64,000 bases of DNA from Bdellovibrionota bacterium (GCA_044352465.1 JBILDU010000002.1:1-64000), one strand, 5' to 3'; positions 1 to 10,139 are shown, numbered from the stretch's first letter. The notes: generated by a model not told the origin, from the letters alone. Program-made: numbers and translations.

Positions 1-80
1 CGGCCCCCCCCCCCCCCCCAGGTAGCGCCCGCCGTTTATAGCCGGTAGAACCGCCCCATCGTTTTTGAAAGGGGGCGTCT

Positions 81-301
81 ATGCGGAGCATGAAAGATAT
101 CGAACGGCTTGTAGCTGAACAGGAGTCGAGCGGGGGTTAAACAGTAAGAGCTGCTACCTGTGGCGGCAAAAGGTACGGCAGGAGGGAAAGCGCTTCGTCC
201 CGGTCGTCGTTACCGACCGGGTTGAGCGCGAACTCGAAGGCGGTGTCCGGCTCAAAGTCGGGCAGCACGATCTAAAAGCTGTGCTGGCAGCGCTCCGATG
301 A
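81..301 (+). pseudogene. tnpA: IS66 TnpA remnant
   Basis: MRSMKDIERLVAEQESSG ends at TAA 138-140. Another frame reads ..YLWRQK..RFVPVVV..ELEGGVRLKV..AVLAALR* and ends in an ATGA overlap with tnpB. Confidence 0.7.
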
Positions 302-654
302 AAGGTATTTTACCTGAGATTCCAGTATACCTCTGGCTTGGGGTAACCGATATGCGGGCGGGCTCCCCGCGACTAAGCGCCCTGGTGCACGAGCGAATGA
401 GCCGGTCGGTTACCAGCGGTGGACTGTACGTTTTCTTTAGCTGGTGTCGAAGACGGATAAAGATCCTCTACTGGGACAAGGACGGCTACGCGCTTTGGTA
501 CAAGCGTCTCGAAGCTGGCACGTTCCGAGTTGAGGTCGTTGACGGCGTGGAAAACATCAGCGGCATCGATCTCGAACAACTTCTTTCTGGGATCGATCTT
601 TCGCGCATAGTTCTTTGTAGAAACGTGGAAAAAGGCTTGTATACTGCGCCTTAA
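298..654 (+). CDS. tnpB: IS66 accessory protein TnpB
   Basis: Motifs TDMR, LYVF..RRRIKILYWDKDGYALWYKRLE.G.F. Confidence 0.95.
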   Translation: MKGILPEIPVYLWLGVTDMRAGSPRLSALVHERMSRSVTSGGLYVFFSWCRRRIKILYWDKDGYALWYKRLEAGTFRVEVVDGVENISGIDLEQLLSGIDLSRIVLCRNVEKGLYTAP

Positions 655-1660
655 GTGGGTACCTCACTCTATATGGGTGAGGATCAATACAACGAATTAA
701 TCGCCAGCGATCCTCACGCGGCAGCGAAGCTCTTCGTCGCAAAAGATGAGGAGCTTCGCGAACGAGACCGCGAGATCGAGAAGCTCCGTAATCACCTTAT
801 CAACCCCACGAAAGCAACTTTTGGGGCGAAATCGGAGCGACTACCCACGTCCACCCAAGCACCGCTCTCCCCGGTCGAGGAGTTAACCCCGGAGCCCGCG
901 CAGGAAGCGCTCCCGACGATCGAGGTTCCAGCGCATACTCGGAGTGTCAAGCGAAAGCACCGTGAGATCCCGGAGGGCACACCGGTCACGGTCATTCATC
1001 CCCCGCCAGTGGCGACCGAGTGTAGCTTCTGTGCCAAAGAGTTGGCGATGCTCCGCACCGAGGTCACAAAGATCCTCGACTATGTCCCCGCCACGGTGAA
1101 GGTCGAGGAGCACCACCGCCCGGTGATGGCGTGCGCGCACTGTAAAGGGGTGGCGCCGATAACGACCCCGCTCCCGAAGGGGATTCAACTCATCCCCCGA
1201 AGCCCCGCTGGTGTTGGGCTCCGCGCCTTTATCCTCGTTTCGAAGTTTCAGGACCATATCCCGCTCCACCGCCAAGAGGTGATGTTTGCCCGGCTCGGGT
1301 TCGAGCTTACTGGAAACCGGATGTGCCACTCATCGGTTGAATGACGGGCTAGGGTTTGTAGCCGAGCTCCTCCATCCTCTTTATAAAGCGATAAAGGCTG
1401 AGCTTCTTCGTCAAGGGTATCTCCAAGCCGATGAAACAACGATTAAGATCCAAGCGAGAGCTGAGCCGGGACGGTGCCACACCGGGTATCTGTGGGGGTT
1501 ACTTGGTCCACCCCCTTGAACCTCGTGTACTTTCACTATGCTGATTCGCGGGCGGGCGAGATTCCAGAGGCGCTGCTGTACGGGTTTGAAGGGGTGCTAG
1601 AGACCGATCTGTATGCCCGTGTTAACAGCAGGGTACAATCAGGTCTATACCGCCGAGCGA
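655..1660 (+). pseudogene. tnpC: IS66 transposase TnpC, split by several frameshifts and C-terminally truncated
   Basis: FGAKSE, zinc ribbon CxxC..CxxC and SKFQDHIPLHRQ (655-1344). Continues as LQADET..GYLW (1286-1519), YFHY..SR..FEGVL.TD.YA (1474 frame), then GYNQVY. The rest of the DDE domain is missing. Confidence 0.9.
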
Positions 1661-1836
1661 ACGGTGCGGGGTGGACGGTTACGCTGGGGCTTGAGGGACG
1701 GATACCCAAATGCGGTAGAAATCGCCCAATCAGAATCGTCGGGGAAAATATACCGCGTGCTAGCTCGAGAGATCTTGCGGCACCGCGGGGACGCGGCGCC
1801 CTACCTGGGAAAACTCAGAAAGCTTCCCCCGGCTCC

Positions 1837-4083
1837 TTAATTTATTGTGGTTTGCGCCACAGCTAGTCCACTTATAGCGGTTGAGCCTGCGCTAATTGCT
1901 CCAACGTTTGTGGTAGCGCCACTTACCAAGTTGATCGAGTAAAGACTTGTCACCCCTCCTACCGTGAGGGCCGCATAGCCAGTTCCCGAGGCTACGGCGG
2001 TACCCGATGTTGTGGTTCTTACTTCAGGCGGAATTTCAAATCCCATTCTCGAGGTGAAATCCAATGCATTACCTCCCAAGGTAAGCACTTGACCAAGTGT
2101 CTGGGTGCCTGAGTTGGGCGGGGTCTGAATGTAGAGAGAGTCCGTTGCAGAGTCTAAAGTATACTGGGTCGTCATAGTGATCCCTGATTGCGCAAAGGCA
2201 TTTGTATAGGAAGTGCCAAAGACCGAAGTGGTTCCAGTATTTATGTCTCTATCCGGGTTAATCCCAGTAACGCTGGATTCTCCTCCGTTTCCGTCTACTG
2301 GCGCACCGGTGATGGGGTTGATCCTGAAATTTAGGGATCCGCTTACGACTCTAATTCTGTCAACGGTAGGATTGAAATTAAATCCATAGCCGTTCGATAA
2401 CGGATTGGGCAGTTGAACAGTAGTGGATCCGTCAGAGGTGAACGCAATTTGCCCCGCAGAGCCGATTGCAGAGACTGCTCCCGTTTGTGGGTCCATGAGA
2501 TAAAGGGTGGCGGTATCCGCAGAAGAATTGACCCCTAACGTGTAATACTGTCCTGTAGACGGGCGGATATCTAAGCCCACCAGAGTCTCTCCTGGGGTTA
2601 CGCCAGAAACAGAGACCGAAGTTGCGGTGCCAGGCGTTGTGCTGCGAAACCTGAGAAGGCTTAGTCCATCTGCGGAGAGCGCAACCATCGGTACTCCTGA
2701 GGGCGTCTGCAGAGCTAAGCCAAGAATATCTGTTGAAACGTTCCCGATAAGGTCGGTCGCGCTAATAGCCCCCGACGCTAAATTTACTTGACAGAAAACC
2801 TGCTGACTTGAAGAAGCTAACTCGAGTATCGCAAAACCCTGCCCACTTGAAACCGCAGCGTTAGAGCTTGAGGCGTTGATCCCGGAGGGAATGTCGAATC
2901 CTCGAGCTGCGATAATATCAGTTCCTAGACTAAGGCCAGATGCTTGAGTGCCTGCATTCGGGGGAGTTTGAATGTAGAGAGAATCCGTCACTGAATCCAA
3001 AGTATAGAGCGTCGTTATGGAGCCATTGTTAGGCTGGTTATTGGTATAGGCGCCTTCTTCTACGGTTGTTGTTCCCCCGTTTATAGCTCCGTCCATGTTG
3101 GTGCCGACTACGGAGCCGCTGGCGCCGCCAAAGTCACCGTCAATGAAGGCTCCCGTATTGGGGTTAATCCTGAAGGTTTGACCACTACTCGTGACTACGC
3201 GAAGTCGGTCGACCGCAGGGTTAAAATCAATGCCGATGCGCGTTGATGAGTCCACACCAATCCTGACTGGATTTCCGCCGGCATCAACATAGGAGCCTGT
3301 GGAACCGACCGCGGTTGCAATGCCCGTTTGCGTCGAGACTGAATAAAGCCGAACGGTTCCAGATGTACCGTTATAGCCTAAGCCGTACAGCCTGCCGTTT
3401 TGAGGCCTACGATCAATACTCGCGATGACATCTCCCGCAGTGACGCCCGTGAGAGACGTAGCGCTAGGGGCTCCTGCAGCGTCTGAGGTGTTAAATGCCA
3501 CCACCTGATTTCCCGTGAGGAGAGCATTCGCATTCGGCGTCGGTGTATTGGTCGGGGTGTTAGTTGGAGTGCTGGTCGGCGTGCTTGTGGGAGTAGCAGT
3601 CTCTGTCGGCACTTCGGTCGGTGCGCTAGTGGGTGAAGCAACGGCCGTTTGTGTTGGGGTTGGCGAGGGGGTTGGCCTATTTGCCAGACATTTAACGGTG
3701 ACACGCTTATTCGTGGCTGAGGAAACAGAAAGGAAGCACTGATTTCTCTGAATCCTGAGGCGCTGACGCGGGAGTAGCGCCACTGAGGTAGTGGTGCTTG
3801 TCGCTTTTGCATTTTGAGAGTTGTTTAAGGCGGCTCCGCACCTTACGACAATACGACTAAAGGACCTTGCGCCTACGGTTACATTACAGCGTTTGCCACG
3901 GACTCTTAACGTGGCAGATTTCTCCAAGGTTCTTGTCACGGGAGTAGGAGTCCCTGCGGCATTGGCCGTAGCCACATACGACGTACCGCCGAAATTGACC
4001 GCGGCGGCGCTTCCCAAGAGTAACGCGCTAATTTTTAGGAATCGAGCAATGGAGGAGAGTACGCTAAAAGTCATAGGCTCCAT
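1837..4083 (-). CDS. Secreted protein with Pro/Thr linker and two tandem DUF4394-like domains
   Basis: Signal-like N-terminus and PT linker. Duplicated module ID.RP..G.LY.LG / G.DFNP.VDR.RVV / R.NP.TG / YTN / YTLDS.TDSLYIQTPPN.GTQ. Confidence 0.8.
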   Translation of the reverse strand: MEPMTFSVLSSIARFLKISALLLGSAAAVNFGGTSYVATANAAGTPTPVTRTLEKSATLRVRGKRCNVTVGARSFSRIVVRCGAALNNSQNAKATSTTTSVALLPRQRLRIQRNQCFLSVSSATNKRVTVKCLANRPTPSPTPTQTAVASPTSAPTEVPTETATPTSTPTSTPTNTPTNTPTPNANALLTGNQVVAFNTSDAAGAPSATSLTGVTAGDVIASIDRRPQNGRLYGLGYNGTSGTVRLYSVSTQTGIATAVGSTGSYVDAGGNPVRIGVDSSTRIGIDFNPAVDRLRVVTSSGQTFRINPNTGAFIDGDFGGASGSVVGTNMDGAINGGTTTVEEGAYTNNQPNNGSITTLYTLDSVTDSLYIQTPPNAGTQASGLSLGTDIIAARGFDIPSGINASSSNAAVSSGQGFAILELASSSQQVFCQVNLASGAISATDLIGNVSTDILGLALQTPSGVPMVALSADGLSLLRFRSTTPGTATSVSVSGVTPGETLVGLDIRPSTGQYYTLGVNSSADTATLYLMDPQTGAVSAIGSAGQIAFTSDGSTTVQLPNPLSNGYGFNFNPTVDRIRVVSGSLNFRINPITGAPVDGNGGESSVTGINPDRDINTGTTSVFGTSYTNAFAQSGITMTTQYTLDSATDSLYIQTPPNSGTQTLGQVLTLGGNALDFTSRMGFEIPPEVRTTTSGTAVASGTGYAALTVGGVTSLYSINLVSGATTNVGAISAGSTAISGLAVAQTTIN

Positions 4084-4233
4084 TCGAACAAAGGCTTGGA
4101 GTTGACAAAACTAGCAGTCACTTGACGAAAATGCTACGGATTTTTTGATGAGTGGTAAGGTGCCGATTCTGCGGCGGCGAGACAACGCCCCAGAGTGCGG
4201 AAACGAAAGTAACAGCGCCCCTCTCATAGCCCC

Positions 4234-4449
4234 CTACCCCCTCGGCCTCCTACTAGCCTTAATCACACCGAACAGAAATTCTGCTAGTCTCTGCCCATAG
4301 AGCGAAAGCCCAAGTTGGTCGGCTGGCCGTAGAGCCTCCACCTTATACTCCTTCGTCAGTGTCCTACGATTCTTCATGCCCTCTCCTTGACCATAGAGCT
4401 CAAAGAGAGGGTCGATTAACTCAGACTCCATCAAAACGGGGGAGGATTA
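4234..4449 (-). mobile_element. IS3-family remnant (left end plus truncated OrfA N-terminus)
   Basis: Minus-strand TAATCCTCCCCCGTTTTGATGGAGT resembles an IS3 left IR. It is followed by an SD (AGGAG) and MKNRRTLTKEYKVEALR (ATG at 4377), similar to the IS3 OrfA start, and then degenerates. Confidence 0.65.
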
Positions 4450-4711
4450 TGGTATCGTTCCCCCGCCGTTAGTATAAGCGGAGCCGGTACAATTAGCCCC
4501 GGTGTAATAAAGAAGTCTTAGGACATCGAAACCACCCCGACTAACGCAAAGCGGATACCGAGCTCCGTCTATCGATACGACGACGGTAACGCGGTTGAAT
4601 ACGGGCACGAGAATCTTCCCTCACCTGCGGGTCGGTCGAGACTTTTCCCGTGACGAGCCGATTCTCGCCGACCAACACCGCGGCGCAAGCCTCTCCTACG
4701 GAGCGCGTGGA

Positions 4712-6514
4712 TTACGAGGATCGCGCGAGCCGCCGTAGCGTCTCGAGAGCGATATCGTCGAGGCGAGCATGGGGGGCGATCTCTGGGTAAGATTTGACCA
4801 GCATCTCGGTTACTTTCGGGGCGAGTGTGTTGCTGACCTCGCCGATTTTACGAAGCTTTATTTCTTTCGACCTCAACGAGAGGTTTGGGGCGCATAGTAA
4901 TGCAGTCGTTGTCAGAGGAAGCTCCGCGGGGTGAATCCGGAAGGTCTCCTCGATTCGCTCTGTCGTTGCATAGAGCTCGTCGATGAGATACCCCGGAAGG
5001 GTTGGTGTCGCGATCATGCGCGCGAGAACCGCATCGGCGACCGACAGACCGATCTCCTCCTGTTCAGCCAGCTCACCGACCGCAAGAATGAGTTGATGAC
5101 GAATATCATCCGGCGTGCGTCGTGAGGCGAAGACCCGCTCGATCGCGTCCGCAGCGGCATTCGCTGAAGGATCAAGTGCAGCTAATGCTTCGATCGCCAC
5201 GAAGGTAATCGGTTCAAGCGCGGCATCGGCGGGGTCATCTGGTATTGGCGTGGTCTCGAGAGCTTGACGGAGAGCGCGCTCCACCGCGGGAATAAGCTCC
5301 CTCCCTCGTGAGCCGAGTGGAATAATCCCCTGTAGGGTACGCTGTGCAAGTAGCGGGTTCTTGCCGTGAAGGATATCCCCAGCGAGCTGAAGGAAGCGCT
5401 CCCCGAGCGAACCGTTCATACCAAATTGCTCGCGGGGAAGCCGGGAAAAGAGATGCCCGAGGAGTTCGAGCGCTGTACCCCTTGTCTCCTCCGCAAAGCG
5501 CGGCGAGGCCCCGACCGTCAAGAGCGCTGGTATCGCTGGAGCTGCAGCCCGTCCGAGTGAGCGAAGCGCTCTTACCGCATCGAGATCGTGCAACGGGGAG
5601 TTCAGGCACCCGGTGAGTGCAATCGCAGTATGCAGCGAATCGATGTACGGAGTGTCGTCTGACATTCGCGCACCGAGATGCCCCAGTGCGCTGATAGCTT
5701 GGCGAAGCCGCCCTTCGTGATGAACCATCAGCGCGGCACCTCCGGGATCGATCGGTGGTGGGAGTGCTGGTGGGTCAAAAAGCGCCCCTGCGAGAGTCGC
5801 CACAGAATCTGCGCGAATTTGTTCATCCCGCGTCTTGCCGACAAGTCCGCGGAGCCTGAACCAGGCCGAAGCCATAACTTTCGATTGCCCGGCCCCTTTC
5901 TCCTCTTGATGCAGAGCGGCACAAGAACGCAAAGAGTCGCACGCTCGAGCGACTGTTGCATCTTTGGGGTACACCCGGATGGCTGCTTCCAGGAGAGGGT
6001 AGGCGATGGGCGCGCTGATCGAACCGAACCGACTCAAGGCGACCAGGGCGCGATCAATGATAACCGGAGGGAGTTCGGCGTGCGGCTCATAAAGTTTGCC
6101 CACGATCGCTCCGGCAAGACGCTCAAGCGAGGTACGGCGTTGTTTCTGAAAGGCGCCACTGAGACACGTTGACCAAGGACCACTCGCGGCCTTACTCACC
6201 TCACCGGCCACGTAGAGAAGCTCGCTGAGAATCGGGAAAGTCGAGCTCGCTTGAATTGCCTGGGTAAGTGTCGGGATCGCCGGGAACACCTCTGCGTGGA
6301 GATCGGTTGAGGGCGAATGCACGAAACGCTCGATCTCGGCTGAGGCGATAGCTCGCGTTGAGGGTGTGGTGTCGTTGACGAGCCGAATCAGCGTCTTCAG
6401 GATACGTGCCGGCTCTGGACGAAGCGACTGGGGGCCGAAGTTCACCCCGTGGAGGTCCTCTGAGGCCTGCTCAGATGATCGTGGACGATTTGAGGGGGGC
6501 TGTCGCTCTGTCAC
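4712..6514 (-). CDS. Hypothetical alpha-helical HEAT/PBS-lyase-like repeat protein
   Basis: 600-aa ORF with repeated 'ALxxLGxxAxxAIPAL'-type segments. Confidence 0.6.
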   Translation of the reverse strand: MTERQPPSNRPRSSEQASEDLHGVNFGPQSLRPEPARILKTLIRLVNDTTPSTRAIASAEIERFVHSPSTDLHAEVFPAIPTLTQAIQASSTFPILSELLYVAGEVSKAASGPWSTCLSGAFQKQRRTSLERLAGAIVGKLYEPHAELPPVIIDRALVALSRFGSISAPIAYPLLEAAIRVYPKDATVARACDSLRSCAALHQEEKGAGQSKVMASAWFRLRGLVGKTRDEQIRADSVATLAGALFDPPALPPPIDPGGAALMVHHEGRLRQAISALGHLGARMSDDTPYIDSLHTAIALTGCLNSPLHDLDAVRALRSLGRAAAPAIPALLTVGASPRFAEETRGTALELLGHLFSRLPREQFGMNGSLGERFLQLAGDILHGKNPLLAQRTLQGIIPLGSRGRELIPAVERALRQALETTPIPDDPADAALEPITFVAIEALAALDPSANAAADAIERVFASRRTPDDIRHQLILAVGELAEQEEIGLSVADAVLARMIATPTLPGYLIDELYATTERIEETFRIHPAELPLTTTALLCAPNLSLRSKEIKLRKIGEVSNTLAPKVTEMLVKSYPEIAPHARLDDIALETLRRLARSS

Positions 6515-6966
6515 GGGGGTCCCACGTTAATAGCTCATCGGCGAGTGGATCTGAGGGGACGGTAGCGCATTTCGGTGGTATAATCGAGGGCGAGGAGTCG
6601 CTTCAAAAATGGGCAGGCGCCCAGGATTGAATTCACTTCACGACATGCTGGCGAGCATGCTGGGAGGGGAAATCCCGCGCGTCGGGGAAAAGAGTTTTGT
6701 CAGCCTGCCCGGGATAAGCCGGGGGATTCTTGTCGTTGGGGTGCCGCAGAGCCCACTGAGAACTCTTGTAAGAGTTTCGGGCTTTTAACTACTCAGAGGG
6801 CGTGGTTCCGGCACGTTGCTACCGCGATATTCTTTCCATACGCAGATCATTTGGGGAGGGCGGTTTTTCTATGGTGGTGTTTTTCGGCGGCAGTTCTTTT
6901 GGGAGGCAAGGCAGCTCATTTTTCACCACTGATTTTTTTGAGGCTTCTTTTTGAGGTGAAGAGGAT

Positions 6967-7638
6967 ATGACCCAAGATACCGGGCCGTCTCAGTCGTTAC
7001 CACGACGGTTCTCCGCGCTCCGGAAGGAATATGCGCAGAAGAGCCTGTCGGTCGAAGAGATGGCGCCCAATCCGATAGTCCAGTGTGAGCAGTGGATCGC
7101 GGAAGCCGCGGAACGCGGGATGATCGAGCCAAATGCGATGGCTCTGGCGACGGTTTCCGCAGAGGGGAAGCCCGCGGTTCGAACGGTCCTGCTTAAAGAG
7201 CTCAACGAACGGGGGCTCATCTTTTTCTCCAATTACGAGAGTCGAAAGGGCCGCGAGATCGCAGCCAATCCCGATGTCGCTTTACTCTTCGTGTGGCCGG
7301 AGCTTGAGCGGCAGATTCGGATTGAGGGAACTGTAACGCGGGTAACACCGGGTGAATCGGATGAATACTTCTCCTCACGTCCACGGGGGGCCCAATTGAG
7401 TGCGCATGCCTCAAAGCAGAGTGCGCCGATCGATCGACGGGAGACGTTAGAGGCTCGGATGATAGAGCTCGAAGCTGGCTTTGCTGGGGGGGCGATATCG
7501 CGCCCGGCTTCATGGGGTGGGTACCGGGTTTCCCCAAAGTATTTCGAATTCTGGCAGGGGCGGCTCAATCGGTTACACGATCGGATCGTGTACGTTTCTA
7601 CCCCGCAAGGCTGGCAGCTTCAGCGACTCCAACCGTAA
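6967..7638 (+). CDS. pdxH: Pyridoxine/pyridoxamine 5'-phosphate oxidase
   Basis: EPNAMALAT, RTVLLK, NYESRKG, ERQIRIEG, EFWQGRLNRLHDR. Confidence 0.97.
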   Translation: MTQDTGPSQSLPRRFSALRKEYAQKSLSVEEMAPNPIVQCEQWIAEAAERGMIEPNAMALATVSAEGKPAVRTVLLKELNERGLIFFSNYESRKGREIAANPDVALLFVWPELERQIRIEGTVTRVTPGESDEYFSSRPRGAQLSAHASKQSAPIDRRETLEARMIELEAGFAGGAISRPASWGGYRVSPKYFEFWQGRLNRLHDRIVYVSTPQGWQLQRLQP

Positions 7639-7731
7639 GAGCGCCGCGTAGAGAAAACCCGTTTTCGGCCTTTTCGAAGCTTGGAGCGTGCTTTCCGGAG
7701 GACGGATGTCCGTAGGAAAGCAGATAAAAAG

Positions 7732-7850
7732 CTAGTGGTTCGACCATTAAATTCTTTCACCTGCAAGGTAATAGAATTTATGCTCACCACTAGTCCTGAG
7801 TTAGTTTTTCACTCCGCGGGAGTGAAAAAACTTATTGGTCGAAGGACTAG
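7732..7850 (+). repeat. 119-bp CTAG-bounded double-hairpin element, copy 1 (MITE/REP-doublet-like)
   Basis: Matches the reverse complement of 15150-15268 at 118/119 nt. CTAG at both ends and in the centre (7790-7793). Confidence 0.92.
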
Positions 7851-8016
7851 TGTGCCTTTCACGCCGCATGGTGAAAAAAATCATTGAAAGGCGCACGAGC
7901 GCGCCTCGTTATTTTTATGAGCTCGAAGAGTTCTCCCGGTTTAGCGTTCTCCAAAGACACCATCACTCAATATCTTCTTCGCTTAACGGCAATCTCGGTG
8001 TAGACTCTGCAAAGCT

Positions 8017-8928
8017 ATGGAGTTTAGTCATCGACCAGAGGCAAAAAATTCCCTTCAGGGCTCTCCGGAGAGGGAACTGAGCTTGTCCTCGGGGCAAGCG
8101 GCGTTGCGCTACCATTTTGAGGATCTGATTCGTGAGCACCATGCGGATCGTCCATTAAGCGTTCCCTTCGCCATGCGTGGCGCGGGGGTAATCGCCCGAC
8201 TCGCAAGTCAGATTCGCCACGAACTGACGCCGCCGGAGGGAGCTGTGCTGGCGACAGCGATTCTAGCTGGTGGGATGACCGAGGGGCGACCGGAGGAAGC
8301 GTTACTGCTTGCGCAGCTCCGGGTGACGCACGATCGCGATGGTGCGGAAAACTTCGTGCTTCCAGCGTTGGGAGGATCGCGTGACGGTGCTGGGGTGCAT
8401 ATCGCTCCGTGGATGAGCGCCTTATCGGGTGAGATTTTTAACGCACCGGTCGGAGTTATCAGTCACATCGATGGCCGAAGCCGCGATACCCTCGTTCCTG
8501 CCTATTCACCGCAGGCGCAAGAGGAGGCGCTTGACCATATCGAGCGCATCGCTGCGGATGTGAACGCTCAGGGGCGACGTGGCCCGGTCCTTCTTCCGAA
8601 GATATCCGGCGGCTCGATTTTGCTGGGTCGTATCCTCGATACTGTGGTTGAGTCTAGCGCGGCGGGTGATCCCGTTATTTATGGGGAAGGTAGATTTCCC
8701 GGAGCACCCCTCCTCTCGGTTTTTCATCTCGGTGTTGATCGCGGGCGTGAGGTTGCGTTTCGTGTGGCGGTATTCGCCGTGCGAGCCGAGGAAAATGCCC
8801 AGCTACGCCAAGGGTCGCCGCTCTTTTCGGGAGGGCTGTTCCTCAAGGAGTATTGCGTTGCCGCTCGACGGGGACCGCTCGCGTTCGAGGATGTACGGAT
8901 AGTCGATCTCGTCGAGCGCGCGGCGTAG
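8017..8928 (+). CDS. Hypothetical protein
   Basis: 303-aa ORF filling the space between the repeat and SURF1; no recognised motif. Confidence 0.6.
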   Translation: MEFSHRPEAKNSLQGSPERELSLSSGQAALRYHFEDLIREHHADRPLSVPFAMRGAGVIARLASQIRHELTPPEGAVLATAILAGGMTEGRPEEALLLAQLRVTHDRDGAENFVLPALGGSRDGAGVHIAPWMSALSGEIFNAPVGVISHIDGRSRDTLVPAYSPQAQEEALDHIERIAADVNAQGRRGPVLLPKISGGSILLGRILDTVVESSAAGDPVIYGEGRFPGAPLLSVFHLGVDRGREVAFRVAVFAVRAEENAQLRQGSPLFSGGLFLKEYCVAARRGPLAFEDVRIVDLVERAA

Positions 8929-8957
8929 GAAGCTACCAGAGCGGTGGCTTCTTTAGT

Positions 8958-9800
8958 TTAAACCTCCGGGGGGACAACAGGTTGGCGTCGGGGCCGAAGC
9001 TGAATAATGATGCAGGTGATGAGAGTTGCGAGCGCCATAATCGCCCACTCGAAAACGTAGCCGAAGTGGCGACCTGCGGGGATCACCGTATCGAACACAG
9101 GCACCGGATAGTCTGTTAACGGGCGGGCAGTTTTGGTGTGTTCTCCTAACTGAGCCATCCCCATCACGAGTAGTTCCTCCCGACCAGCCGATGAGGTCAC
9201 GATCTTTTCCTGCGCCTTCTCCGGGTCGGTCGTATTCATTATCTCGAGATAGAAGGGCTCGATCGGGAATGGGAGTTGGCGTTGCATCTTTGCAAGATCG
9301 ACCCGGAGCCATGCATCCACCCACGGAGCGCCCTCGCCAGTCGGTGGATCGCTCGGCGCAAAAAGCCTCCGCGTGAGGGGCTCTTTTATGAGACCAACAA
9401 ACGAGGCTTGCGTCTCGCGTTGAAACTCCTGGCGAGCATTTTGGTATTGGAGGGGAAGAAAACCACGATTGACGATAACCATACGATCGGAGCCGGTAAT
9501 CTTCAGAGGGGTCAGTACGTAGACCCCGGCCTCCTCCTCGAGGCGTCGATTGCGGAGGACCATTTCATGAGCGAAGTCGTATTCACCTGACACCTCGACC
9601 CGACGATAGAATAGCTCCTCTGCGGGCGTGTCGCGAACTGACTCGACGGCCACCGGAGCTATCTTAAGACGATCGGTCATCTGGGCGATGTAACCCTGCT
9701 TTTCAAGGTGCCGTTCCCATTGCCAGTACGATGCGCGGAGCATCCCTGCGATGAGGATAAGGCCGACGACGGAGACGCGAGGTGAGAAGTATATTTTCAT
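8958..9800 (-). CDS. SURF1-family cytochrome c oxidase biogenesis protein
   Basis: N-terminal TM then WQWER..K, GVYVLTPL, VNRGF, C-terminal HFGY..EW plus TM. Confidence 0.9.
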   Translation of the reverse strand: MKIYFSPRVSVVGLILIAGMLRASYWQWERHLEKQGYIAQMTDRLKIAPVAVESVRDTPAEELFYRRVEVSGEYDFAHEMVLRNRRLEEEAGVYVLTPLKITGSDRMVIVNRGFLPLQYQNARQEFQRETQASFVGLIKEPLTRRLFAPSDPPTGEGAPWVDAWLRVDLAKMQRQLPFPIEPFYLEIMNTTDPEKAQEKIVTSSAGREELLVMGMAQLGEHTKTARPLTDYPVPVFDTVIPAGRHFGYVFEWAIMALATLITCIIIQLRPRRQPVVPPEV

Positions 9801-10139
9801 GAGGAACTGGATAAACCTCTATATTGGGTGAATCCTCGCTAGTTTACCAACCGAGCGGCTGTTTCAGAAAGTTTTTTCATATCAGAGCCGGTCCAGACTG
9901 CCCCCGCGGCGATCGATGGGCCCCCTCTGGCACCGATGCTCCGCTCTGGTGCCCAGGCTGCCCTCCCTGGCAGGCAGCTGCCACGGTGAAAAAACTCTCT
10001 GAAAACTCCGTTAGCTTCGCCGATGGAGGGGTGGATTTGATTCGGAGCCCGGTTTTAGGCTAAAAATACGGAAAGTTTCAGTTTATTTGGGGTAGTAAAA
10101 TAGCTACCCAAAACTCTTCCGCTCTTTCGGGGGAACGGC

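Larger units (their letters stand above)
21..1705 (+). mobile_element. Degraded IS66-family insertion sequence (tnpA remnant, intact tnpB, frameshifted and truncated tnpC)
   Basis: Canonical IS66 order tnpA-tnpB-tnpC. IS66-type right-end-like motifs GGACGGTTAC (1673-1682) and GGACGGATAC (1696-1705). Left end approximate (GTAGCGCCC at ~22). Confidence 0.85.

Noticed and set aside
5..19. Poly-C tract
   Set aside because: At the window edge next to an IS; probably an assembly boundary rather than a phase-variation tract.
7732..7850. Repeat as a CRISPR array or integron attC site
   Set aside because: No spacers or cas genes, only two dispersed copies, no RYYYAAC/GTTRRRY ends and no integrase.
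7681..7887. Short ORFs 7681-7887 (+) and 15071-15319 (-) sharing LVVRPLNSFTCKVIEF...
   Set aside because: Identity is confined to the 119-bp repeat and the flanks are unrelated, so these are by-products of the element.
10000..10026. TGAAA-N14-GCCGATGG upstream of the FabH pair
   Set aside because: Spacing differs from the other matches and the -35 is weak.
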